Source of the DNA: Hypanus sabinus
Taxonomy: Eukaryota
Direction of reading: 5' to 3'
Length of the DNA: 64,000 nt
Assembly: GCF_030144855.1 (NCBI RefSeq)
Contig: NW_026779564.1
Location: 682,001 to 746,000 of the forward strand
The translations under genes were made by a program, and so were the position numbers. This document shows positions 1 through 10,680 of the stretch, in pieces (position 1 is the stretch's first letter; every line of letters starts with the position of its first letter). The notes below the pieces were generated by a model that did not search any database, was not told the DNA's origin, and worked only from the letters and a program-made list of their open reading frames with translations.

Positions 1-910
1 TTCTCAGCCGAGGAAACTGCGGTCTCTCCAAATGCATCACGCGTTACCTGGTGGCGATGGCTGCGGCGGATCTAATGGTGTAATTATCGAAGTCCTGTTC
101 TACCAGATGGATCAAGCAAACGGATTTCATTTCGGAATCCTGGACCACGCTCCGTTCTGGCTTGTCCACTACGTCATGTGTCACGTGACCGTTGACTGTT
201 CCGTGTGGTTTACTGCCGCTTTCACTTTCGATCGCTTTGTGGCCATTTGCTGCGCTAAATTTAAAACTAAATACTGCATCCCCAGAGTTGCAGGACTGGT
301 GATTGTTGCAATATCTGTCGGTTTCTGTTTAAAAAACATCCCATTTTATTTCCTCTATATGAATGGAGCAACTTTGTTGGTAAATGGTAACTGGGTCTGT
401 ACCAACAGGCCTGCACTTCCTTTCACGGGACCGTTTGAGGGGTTTTATTGGGTGGACCGTCTGTTGAATCCGCTACTTCCTTTCATCCTCATTTTGACCC
501 TCAATGCTCTGACCGTCAGACAGATACTGGCGGCGAGCAGAGTCCGCAGGGGACTGATGGGACGGGGAAATTCCGGGAAACAGCGAGATCCGGAGATGGA
601 GAGTCGAAGACAATCCATCATTCTGCTCTTCAGCCTGTCGGTGAGTTTCCTTCTCTGTTGGGCGACAACCACTCTGGTCTTTATTCTCATGCAATGCCTC
701 TGCATCGACCTGGAAACGTCCATTCGGCTTTATCAGGCACAGCTTGCGGGTTCTGTGATTCAGAACTTCAGCAGCTGCGCAAATACTTTTATCTACGATG
801 TGACACAGACCAGATTCAGAGAGCAGTTGGAAGTTATTTTGATCTCCCCCGCTAATTTTGCTTTGAAAAATTTTAGAAGTCTTTACCGCTCAGTCGAAAG
901 GGTCAATTAA
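1..910 (+). pseudogene. G1: GPR139/GPR142-like class A GPCR, exon 2 (5' end outside window), frameshifted
   Basis: Frame 3 reads LSRGNCGLSKCITRYLVAMAAADLMV then TAA at 81-83. The receptor continues in frame 2 (VIIEVLFY...SVWFTAAFTFDRFVAIC...NTFIYDVTQTRFREQL) to the stop at 910. Paralog G4 has ATG GTG GTG ATT here, so one G is missing near 80. TM3 Cys is TGG (APFW, 158-160) versus APFC in G4. AATAAA at 926-931. Confidence 0.85.
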
Positions 911-1169
911 TTTTGACATTCAGAAAATAAATTCACACCTGCTCTACAAGCGCTTAAATAAATTGAACTTCCTGGAAACGTTGTTGTTCCCAGCAGTTCA
1001 GCCTTTCCATTATTTCAGGAAATGAGGTATTGTTATTTATATATAGGTTGTGGAGATAATCAGGTAAGAAGTTGTGAAAGGGAGACATGAATGCCGAATG
1101 GTGAAGAAATTGTGGGAGTGAGTGTGAGCAATGACCAGTCGTTAGTGAAATCGATATAATATTATATAA

Positions 1170-2170
1170 TATTTGAGGCTACCCTGACGGAATACAAGGT
1201 GTCAGTACTCGAACCTGTGTGTCGCCGCCTTGGCAGTAGAGGAGGCCGCGGACTGACATGTCAGAATGGGAACGGGGAGTAGAATCGAAAGGGGAGGCCA
1301 TCGCTTTTCGTGGCAGGTGCTCGACGAGCGGGAGGGGCCTTCCGATCTACGTTGTGTCTCACTGATATATAGGAGCTCTCAACGACCGGATACAGTAGAT
1401 GACCCCAACAGACCCGCAGGTGAGGTGTCGCCACACCCGGAAGGACTGTTTGGGGTCTGAGGGAGGGGGTGTAAGGGCAGATGTTGTGCTTGTTCCAGTT
1501 ACCATGATAAGTGCCAAGAGGAAGATCAGTGGGGAGGGACAAGAGAGTCACACAGGGAGTCACCCTGCAGAAAGCAGAAATGGTCGGGAGTTGCATGAGG
1601 ACGGGAAGATGTGCTCGGTCGTGGGATCCCGTTGGAGGTGGTGGAAGTTATGTACAATTATGTGCAGAATGTGCATTGTGTTGTGGTAAGTGAGGACAAG
1701 AGGGACACTATCCGTGATGGGGCGGCGGGAGGATGGTGTAAGGGCAGATGTGTGTGAAATGGAAGAGATGCGGGTGAGGCAGCGTTCATGTTGGGGGAGA
1801 GGAAGCACCTTTCTTTGAAGAAGGAGGACATGTCAATTGCTCTGGAATGAAAAGCATCAGCCTGAGAGCAGATACAGAGGGGACGGAGGAGCTGAAAGAA
1901 GGGGTGGCATGAGGTACCGTCCGGACAGCTGTGAGTCTGTAGGTTTATTAAATATACCAGTGGATAGACTGTCTCCGGAGATGAAGGCAGAGATGGAGAA
2001 AGGGAAGAGAGGAGTCGGAAATGGACCAGGTAAGTTTGAGCGCAGGGTGGAAGTCGGAGGCAAACTTGAATAATTCCACGAGTTCTGCACGAGTGCGGGA
2101 AGCAGCAACTATGCAATCGTCGATGTCGTGTTGGATGATTTGGGGATCGTTGCTGCTGTAGGCTTGGAAC
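1170..2170 (-). mobile_element. Penelope-like retroelement fragment (RT C-terminus + GIY-YIG), degraded
   Basis: Minus-strand pieces SDFHPALKLTWSISDSSLPFL, ISGDSLSTGIFNKPTDS and HNICPYT match the PLE RT and GIY-YIG linker pattern; many frameshifts. Confidence 0.75.
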
Positions 2171-2176
2171 AAGTCC

Positions 2177-2620
2177 AGCTGACATCCAACTTGATGCTTT
2201 CCAAATGCTCCAGCACATCTTTTTCCATAATATTTACATGCTCAGGCTTTTCAGTCCGCTGTAGCTTATCCCTACAATCGTCAAGATCCTTTCTCCGTAG
2301 TGAATACTGAAACAATGTACTCATTAAGTACCTCCGCTATCTCCCCCGGTTCCATACACTCTTTTCCACTGTCACACTTGAATGGTTCTATTCCCTCATT
2401 TCTTTTACTCTTCACATACTTGTAGAAGGCCTTGGGGTTTTCCTTAATCCTGTCCATCAAGGCCTTCTCATGGCCCCTTCCGGCTCTCCTAATTTCGTTC
2501 TTGAGCTCCTTCCTGCTAACGTTATAATCTTCCAGCTCTCTCTCATTACCCAGTTTTTTAAACCTTTCGTAAGCTCTTCCTTTCTCTTGACTAGATTTAC
2601 CACAGCTTTTGTACATTTCT
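2177..2620 (-). mobile_element. CR1 LINE ORF2 fragment
   Basis: IKENPKAFYKYVKSKR...EIAEVLNEYIVSVFT is the typical CR1 ORF2 linker. Confidence 0.8.
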
Positions 2621-3129
2621 TCGGCTTCTCTGCTCCAGGACGAGTAATAACAGCTTTTCCGGTCTTACCTGCGTCTGAGGTTCCTTAGCGGTGGAAATAT
2701 CCCCAGGAATATTCTCGGCTGCATGACGGATACGTCCACATCCATCCTAAATTGACGGGACCTGAATTGGGACCCACAGCCCAGATGTGCCCAGCCCTGC
2801 TCCAACATATTCCTGTTTCTCCCTCTGGGCTTCGAAGTGTCCAATGACCCTCACTCCCCACTCTCTCAACGAAGCAGTCCAACGCATCACAAGCACATCG
2901 CTTCTCGGAGTGAGCAGTATCTACAGGATGCTCCTCCTCAAGAAAGAAACAGCGTCATCAAAGGTCCCGTCATTCAGGTCATTCCGTCCGTCACAGCTGC
3001 AGTCAGACAGGAGCCGTATGCGTGTCACGTGCTTTTGTCGTCATGCGGTAACCATGCATTCCATTACAGAATAACACAGTTATAAATTATTCTCTACAGT
3101 ATCTGCAGAAATAAATGACATATATCGTG

Positions 3130-3700
3130 CAGAACGAAATAGAAAAATCCGGAGAAAGATTTCATCAGCGGATCGATCTCCATTCACAAATCTGATTGCA
3201 GATGGGCTGAAGCTGCTCCTGAAACGCTGAGTGTGTGTGGTCGGGCCCCTGTGCCCTCTCGGCGAGCGAAGTGGGGTGGGGTGAGCTCTTTTCTGATGGA
3301 CGCAGCATTTTGAGGCATCCATCAGTTTTTTGACGGTATCTTGTGTGCGTGGGAGGCTAGCGCCTGTGATGCAGCCTACCGAGAAAACATCTTTCAGCAG
3401 ACTGTTCTGATCCTGTGCAGTGGCCCCTCCATGGCGGACGGTGATGCTTTCAGTTAGAATGCTCTCCACGGTACATCTGTCGAAATGTGCGAGAGTCCTG
3501 CGTGACAGACCGATTCCTCTCAAACTCTGAATAAACTACAGCCGCAGTCGTGTTCTCTTTGAGACTGTATCAATATATTGTGCCGGGAATGGATCCTCAA
3601 AGAGGTTAACACGAATGAAATTGAAACTGCTCACTCCTTCCACTTCCGGTCCGTCAACGAGAGGACTGTTGGATGTTCCGTCGACCTCCCCTTCCTGAGC
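3130..3700 (-). mobile_element. Rex1/Babar-like LINE 3' fragment
   Basis: RRTLAHFDRCTVESILTESITV...FRSSFSPSAIR is a typical Rex1 RT C-terminus. Confidence 0.7.
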
Positions 3701-4613
3701 ACGGAGGCTGTGGGGAAGATCCGGCAGAACCTGAAAATGTTATGAGAGGCCTAGAAGGAGAATTATTGTGGCCAAGGTAGAAATATCAAGTCAGTGATGG
3801 TTTGTTTTTAACGCGAGAGGAGAGTAGCTTAGAGGAGATGCGCCGGACAAGTTTGTGTTTTTTTTTCCACAGATAATGGTGGGTGCCAGGAAAATTTCTC
3901 AAGTGTGGCTGTCGGTAATACATTGTTGTTTACGACGTTGTTGGCTTAGCAGATGTACAGACAGTGAATGAACGGATATGGGCTATGTACAGTCAACAGA
4001 GTTCAGTCTCATTCGGTATCTTGTTGAGCGCAGGGTATGTTCCTGTTCTCTGCTGTTCCATGATCCCAACATCTCCAGGTGATGTGTTCACATTGTGATA
4101 TCAGTCTGTTCAGCATCTTAGGTCCATTCACCCCATTCATCTCGTTCTTCTGCACTGATGGCTGTAATATCGGACAGTGTATAATGCAACACCGGAGTAC
4201 CTCTTCCGCGCACCATGTCCCTGACGAGGGGAATATTCCCAGCTGCGCAGTGACATAATCAGTGACGTAATCAGTGCCGCCAAATTTCTCAGGATTCTTC
4301 CATCAACCGCGTGCTGCAGTGAGCAGCTTTGGGTGATTCAAAATGTGAAACTGAGCTTCCCTCGCATTCAGACTCACAAACTCTCTCAGTGCAGCACAGA
4401 ACAAGGCTGTCACAATTGTATCAATGAAAAAAGCATTGCATATTGCAGAGCAGTCTGAGGCTGTCATGAGAAAACCGAAATGAATATTATATTATTTGTG
4501 ACTGGAAAATAACTCTAGTTAATTCATGGACAGGTGCACATTGAGGAATATGTGACAGAATAGTGAAATATAAGGGTGCAGAATACACGGTGAAGGGCGT
4601 AATTTAGAACTGT

Positions 4614-5232
4614 TCAAGTCAAGTCCAGTCAAGTCACATTTTATTGTCAGTTCGACCATTACTGCTGGTACAGTTCATGGTAAAAACGAGGCAACTGTTT
4701 TCAGGACCATGGTGTTACATGAAACGGTACAAAAACTAGACTGTACTATGTAAAAGAAAAAAACAACACAGAATAAAACTACACTAGATTACAGACCTAC
4801 CCAGGGCTGTATAAACTGCACAAAACAGTGCAGGCATTACAATAAATAATAAACAAGACAATAGGCACGGGAGAGAGCAGTAAATTCGTGTCAGTCCAGA
4901 CTCTGGCTACTGAAATGTCTGATAGTTTGCGGGGAAGAAACTGTAACATAGTCTGGTCGTGAGAGCCCGAATGCTTCAATACCTTTTCTCAGATGGCAGG
5001 AAGAAGAGGAGTTTCTATGACGGGTGCGTGGTGTCCTTCACAATGCTGGTTGCTTTCTGGAACCAGAGTGCAGTGTAAATATGCGAAATGGCGTAAGAGA
5101 GACCACGATGATCTTCTCATCTGACCTCACTATCCGCTGCAGGATCCTGCGATCCGAGATGGTGCAATTTCCGAACCAGGCAGTGATGCAGCTGCTCAGG
5201 ATGCTCGCAACACAACCCCAGTAGAATGTGAT
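4614..5232 (-). mobile_element. Rex1-like LINE 3' insertion within cassette A
   Basis: Starts with a (TCAAG)n-type tail and ttttattg. Absent from copies B and C, where tttagaa...tgagag is contiguous. Confidence 0.7.
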
Positions 5233-5750
5233 GAGAGAAATGCATATAAATGCTGCTCCAACGGGAAACTCGCAGCGCCTGTGGGCTTTATTTCAATTAA
5301 TTTGTTAATTTAGTTGTGCACTTATTTTATTAACATAATTAAAATATTTATTTTTCTTATTTCATTTCAACATTTCAGAGATTGTTTTACCAAACCATAG
5401 AAATATGCGGATCAGATTCTGTTCGGTTGGCCCTATGTAGTTTAATAACGAATCGCATGCAGAATGATCTTGGGCCGAACAGTCTGTCTGCCATAAGACT
5501 CTATTACGCATACGTGTACTGCTCCATACAACCGTCATCATTCATCAGTGCACTGACTCTCAAAATTTTAACGTAAACCAACTGCAAGAGGCTCTTCTTC
5601 TAAAAATAGCTCAGGGAATACAGAGTCGATTTACAGAGTATTTCCTGAATTGGAGGAACAGCGGGAAAAAAAAAGAGGAAAATTCACCCGACCGGACTGA
5701 ATCAGAGACTCACAGGTACAGGAGTGAGACGACAGACGTAATACTCGAGC

Positions 5751-6148
5751 AGAGACTGACAGACACAAAATGAAACCCAAACTCTCACACTGTAACAAAG
5801 ACTGACAGATACAGAATGAAACCCACACTCTCACACTGTAACAGAGACTGACAGATACAGAATGAAGCCCACACTCTCACACTGCAACAGACTGACAGAT
5901 ACAGAATGAACCCACACTCTCACACTGTAGCAGAGACTGAGAGATACAGAATGAAACCCACACTCTCACACTGTAGCAGTGACTGACAGATACAGAATGA
6001 ACCCACACTCTCACACTGTAACGGATACTGACAGATGCAGAATGAAACCCACACTCTTACACTGTAGCAGAGACTGAGAGATACAGAATAAAATGCATTC
6101 TCTCGCACTAAACCAGAGACTGACAGATACAGCAACCCACACTCTCAA
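5751..6148 (+). repeat. 46-bp minisatellite (about 8 units)
   Basis: Unit gagactgacagatacagaatgaaacccacactctcacactgtaaca; actgacagat recurs at 5801 and 5847. Confidence 0.9.
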
Positions 6149-6644
6149 ATTCCTCCAGGGAATGATATCTGCAAAAATGAACCCCGCACTGTCACCTTGC
6201 ACCGGAGACAGGTGGGTGCAAAATGAGCCACCTTTTAAAATTATACCGGCGACAATTCAGTGGAGATTTAAACCCACACTCTCATGCTATTCGACTGAAT
6301 GTCTCCCGTTGCTTGTTTGTCTCTGCACTGCTGTCGGTCTCTCTCACTAGTTCTTCATTTCATTTAAAATGGATATGAAGTCTCTCTTCCTTTTCGGCTT
6401 GAAGCCTACTGCATGATCAGCGGTCTGGTGGACTGAGTAATTACGCGATATCTCCCTACTCCCTATTCATTTTGCCCTCTAGTTTCTACAACGTGGTACT
6501 GCGGCTGCTGAAAGATCTCTTCTGTTTCTTCTCTCCCTTTATCGATGATAAGATCAATTGTAAGATACCCTATTTCACTGGTTCAGTGCAGGAAGTGAAA
6601 GGAACGGACAGGGTATGAGGCAATAAATTTAATACATGCACTAG

Positions 6645-6823
6645 NNNNNNNNNNNNNNNNNNNNNNNNNNNNNNNNNNNNNNNNNNNNNNNNNNNNNNNN
6701 NNNNNNNNNNNNNNNNNNNNNNNNNNNNNNNNNNNNNNNNNNNNNNNNNNNNNNNNNNNNNNNNNNNNNNNNNNNNNNNNNNNNNNNNNNNNNNNNNNNN
6801 NNNNNNNNNNNNNNNNNNNNNNN
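6645..6823. other. Assembly gap (others at 26612-26775, 49020-49187, 49572-49759, 60316-60455, 62286-62542)
   Basis: Runs of N, most flanked by (TG/CA)n-like sequence. Confidence 0.99.
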
Positions 6824-6854
6824 GCCGTGTGTTTGCAAAAGAGAGCTGGAGGAA

Positions 6855-6885
<31 letters not shown>

Positions 6886-7339
6886 ATGGTTTCTGATATG
6901 ACCTTATCTGATGATGTGACCTTACCTGGCGATCCTGCATTTATTTCTACAAGGGCACCTCGGAGGGAATGACAAGGACACGGGTATTTTTATGTTAAAG
7001 CAGCAGATGAAGACCTCTGTGTACCGAGTGGAATCTATACATGGCAGAGAATATTCTTTTCAATGATGCCTGTATTCTCACCAGAGACATACATGTTGAT
7101 GGTTGCGTTTTTAACCCACAGTCAATGGACTTATCCGCCCATTATATTCCTACAGCTAACTGAACGCCACAGTATTTCAGCCTCTCACTGTTCCTCAGGT
7201 AGATTCAACAAAGAAGACAGTTTAAGAGATGGGGGGGGGGGTTCTACATGGACAGATCTGGACTTCAAGATATCAGATATAATACTAATCATGGAGAAGC
7301 TGATCACAATGACGAAAACATCGATGTCCTCCAGGTCTG

Positions 7340-10110
7340 TTCGAGAACTGGACAAGGTGTCTCTCAACAAAGCTGGTATGTTTTATATCTGATGGCACAT
7401 AGTGGGACGGAGTGGGGAGAGTTTGGTGTCTGATGGGGAACTGGACAGGGTGTCTCTGTACACACCGTGTTTGTTTTATATCTGATGACACATAGTGGGA
7501 CGGGGTGGGGAGGGTTTGGTATCTGATGGGGAACTGGACAGGGTGTCTCTGTACACACCGGGTGTGGTTTACATCTGATGGCACATAGTGGGACGGAGTG
7601 GGGAGGGTTTGGTGTCTGATGGGGAACTGGACAGGGTGTCTCTGTACACACCGTGTTTGTTTTATATCTGATGACACATAGCGGGACGGGGTGGGGTGGG
7701 TTTGGTGTCTGATGGAGAACTGGACAGTGTGTCTCTGTACAGAGCGGGTATGTTTTATATCTGATGACACATAGTGGGACGGGGTGGGGAGGGTTTGGTG
7801 TCTGATGGGGAACTGGACAGGGTGTCTGTAGACAGCGGGGATATTTTATATCTGATGACACATAGTGGGACGGGGTGGGGTGGGTTTGGTGTCTGATGGA
7901 GAACTGGACAGGGTGTCTCTGTACACACCGGGGATGTTTTATATCTGATGACACATAGTGGGACGGGGTGAGGAGGGTTTGATGTCTGATGGGGAACTGG
8001 ACAGGGTGTCTCTGTACACAGCGGGTATGTTTTATATCAGATGACACATAGTGGGACGGGGTGAGGAGGGTTTGATGTCTGATGGGGAACTGGACAGGGT
8101 GTCTCTGTACACACCGGGTACGTTTTATATCTGATGACACATAGTGGGACGGGGTGGGGTGGGTTTGGTGTCTGATGGGGAACTGGACAGTGTGTCTCTG
8201 TACAGAGCGGGTATATTTTATATCTGATGACACATAGTGGGACGGGGTGGGGTGGGTTTGGTGTCTGATGGGGAACTGGACAGGGTGTCTCTGTACAGAA
8301 CGTGTATATTTTATATCTGATGACATAGTGGGACGGGGTGGGGAGGGTTTGGTGTCTGATGGGGAACTGGACAGGGTGTCTGTAGACAGCGGGGATATTT
8401 TATATCTGATGACACATAGTGGGACGGGGTGGGGTGGGTTTGGTGTCTGATGGAGAACTGGACAGGGTGTCTCTGTACACACCGGGGATGTTTTATATCT
8501 GATGACACATAGTGGGACGGGGTGAGGAGGGTTTGATGTCTGATGGGGAACTGGACAGGGTGTCTCTGTACACAGCGGGTATGTTTTATATCAGATGACA
8601 CATAGTGGGACGGGGTGAGGAGGGTTTGATGTCTGATGGGGAACTGGACAGGGTGTCTCTGTACACATCGGGTACGTTTTATATCTGATGACACATAGTG
8701 GGACGGGGTGGGGTGGGTTTGGTGTCTGATGGGGAACTGGACAGTGTGTCTCTGTACAGAGCGGGTATATTTTATATCTGATGACACATAGTGGGACGGG
8801 GTGGGGTGGGTTTGGTGTCTGATGGGGAACTGGACAGGGTGTCTCTGTACAGAACGTGTATATTTTATATCTGATGACATAGTGGGACGGGGTGGGGAGG
8901 GTTTGGTGTCTGATGGGGAACCGGACAGGGTGTCTGTAGACAGCGGGGATGTTTTATATCTGATGACACATAGTGGGACGGGGTGAGGAGGGTTTGATGT
9001 CTGATGGGGAACTGGACAGGGTGTCTCTGTACACAGCGGGTATGTTTTATATCAGATGACACATAGTGGGACGGGGTGGGGAGGGTTTGATGTCTGATGG
9101 GGAACTGGACAGGGTGTCTCTGTACACACCGGGTACGTTTTATATCTGATGACACATAGTGGGACGGGGTGGGGTGGGTTTGGTGTCTGATGGGGAACTG
9201 GACAGTGTGTCTCTGTACAGAGCGGGTATATTTTATATCTGATGACACATAGTGGGACGGGGTGGGGTGGGTTTGGTGTCTGATGGGGAACTGGACAGGG
9301 TGTCTCTGTACAGAACGTGTATATTTTATATCTGATGACATAGTGGGACGGGGTGGGGAGGGTTTGGTGTCTGATGGGGAACTGGACAGGGTGTCTGTAG
9401 ACAGCGGGGATATTTTATATCTGATGACACATAGTGGGACGGGGTGGGGTGGGTTTGGTGTCTGATGGAGAACTGGACAGGGTGTCTCTGTACACACCGG
9501 GGATGTTTTATATCTGATGACACATAGTGGGACGGGGTGAGGAGGGTTTGATGTCTGATGGGGAACTGGACAGGGTGTCTCTGTACACAGCGGGTATGTT
9601 TTATATCAGATGACACATAGTGGGACGAGGTGAGGAGGGTTTGATGTCTGATGGGGAACTGGACAGGGTGTCTCTGTACACACCGGGTACGTTTTATATC
9701 TGATGACACATAGTGGGACGGGGTGGGGTGGGTTTGGTGTCTGATGGGGAACTGGACAGTGTGTCTCTGTACAGAGCGGGTATATTTTATATCTGATGAC
9801 ACATAGTGGGACGGGGTGGGGTGGGTTTGGTGTCTGATGGGGAACTGGACAGGGTGTCTCTGTACAGAACGTGTATATTTTATATCTGATGACATAGTGG
9901 GACGGGGTGGGGAGGGTTTGGTGTCTGATGGGGAACTGGACAGGGTGTCTGTAGACAGCGGGGATGTTTTATATCTGATGGCACATAGTGGGACGGTGTG
10001 GGGTGGGTTTGGTGTCTGATGGGGAACTGGACAGGGTGTCTCTGTACACAGCGGGGATGTTTTATATCTGAAGGCACATAGTGGGTCGGGGTGGGGCGGG
10101 TTTTGTGTCT
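7340..10110 (+). repeat. 93-bp G-rich minisatellite array, about 30 units, with 554/461-bp higher-order repeats
   Basis: Unit ttttatatctgatgacacatagtgggacggggtggggtgggtttggtgtctgatggggaactggacagggtgtctctgtacacaccgggtatg, period 93 (7381, 7474, 7567). An 89-bp marker variant recurs at about 8310, 8864, 9325 and 9879. Confidence 0.95.
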
Positions 10111-10591
10111 GAGCGGACAAAGTGGAGCTGCTGTGTAATAAATCAAATGTAAGTCTGCAGGAGGAGAGTGGGAGGGGTTTTCATGTGTCCCTGCACCCAG
10201 AACACACTGAGGGGAATGCGGATCTATTTGTAGATAAACCAGCAGGCGTAACAGTGAAAAGTGCAGAAAATGCTGGAAACCTCGATTCCGGAATGCTTGT
10301 GGAATTAAAACCACAGTGAAAGTTTCAAGATTGAAAATGGGAACAGTCCTGACCTCTGTCACTATAAGTGTGGATTGTTGTGAGCAGAGTTCTCATTGTT
10401 CACTTATTGGTCTCATTACACATTTTGGTCAAATTACACAGAGGGATCTGACTGAGGTAATGCCAATGATACTGACGTGTTTGTGTTACATGCCTACAGT
10501 ATTTGCTCCTGAGACACTGCCGGTGATGTAATTTGTTTGTTCAATAACAATGGTGGGAGGTGGGACCTTGTCACTGGAGATCGATCCCCTG

Positions 10592-10597
10592 TATAAA
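10592..10597 (+). promoter_or_regulatory. TATA box of G2
   Basis: TATAAA starting 89 nt before the ATG; identical context in paralog G5. Confidence 0.65.
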
Positions 10598-10680
10598 TCA
10601 GAGCCTGTTGCAGTACGTCAGCCCAGAGTGTCTTGCCGAGCTGTGGAATTCAGAGCAATCGCGTTCACTGTGTCACTCAA

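Larger units (their letters stand above)
3985..7210 (+). repeat. Copy A of a 2-3 kb duplicated non-coding cassette (upstream of G2)
   Basis: Collinear similarity to 39945-42550 (+), 49200-51375 (-) and 61930-64000 (-). Example anchors: gggccgaacagtctgtctgccat, aaaaatagctcagggaatacaga, ttcctcaggtagattc. Confidence 0.85.

Noticed and set aside
32-80. ORF-track N-terminus MHHALPGGDGCGGSNG for G1
   Set aside because: Out-of-frame reading of the true KCITRYLVAMAAADL sequence upstream of the frameshift.
7340-10110. CRISPR-like array (also considered for the 46-bp repeats)
   Set aside because: No unique spacers, no cas genes, eukaryotic context.
7285-10362. Long His/Pro-rich repetitive ORFs (up to 372 aa) on the minus strand
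   Set aside because: By-product of a 93-bp (31-codon) unit; frames are broken by 89/91-bp variants; no splice or promoter support.
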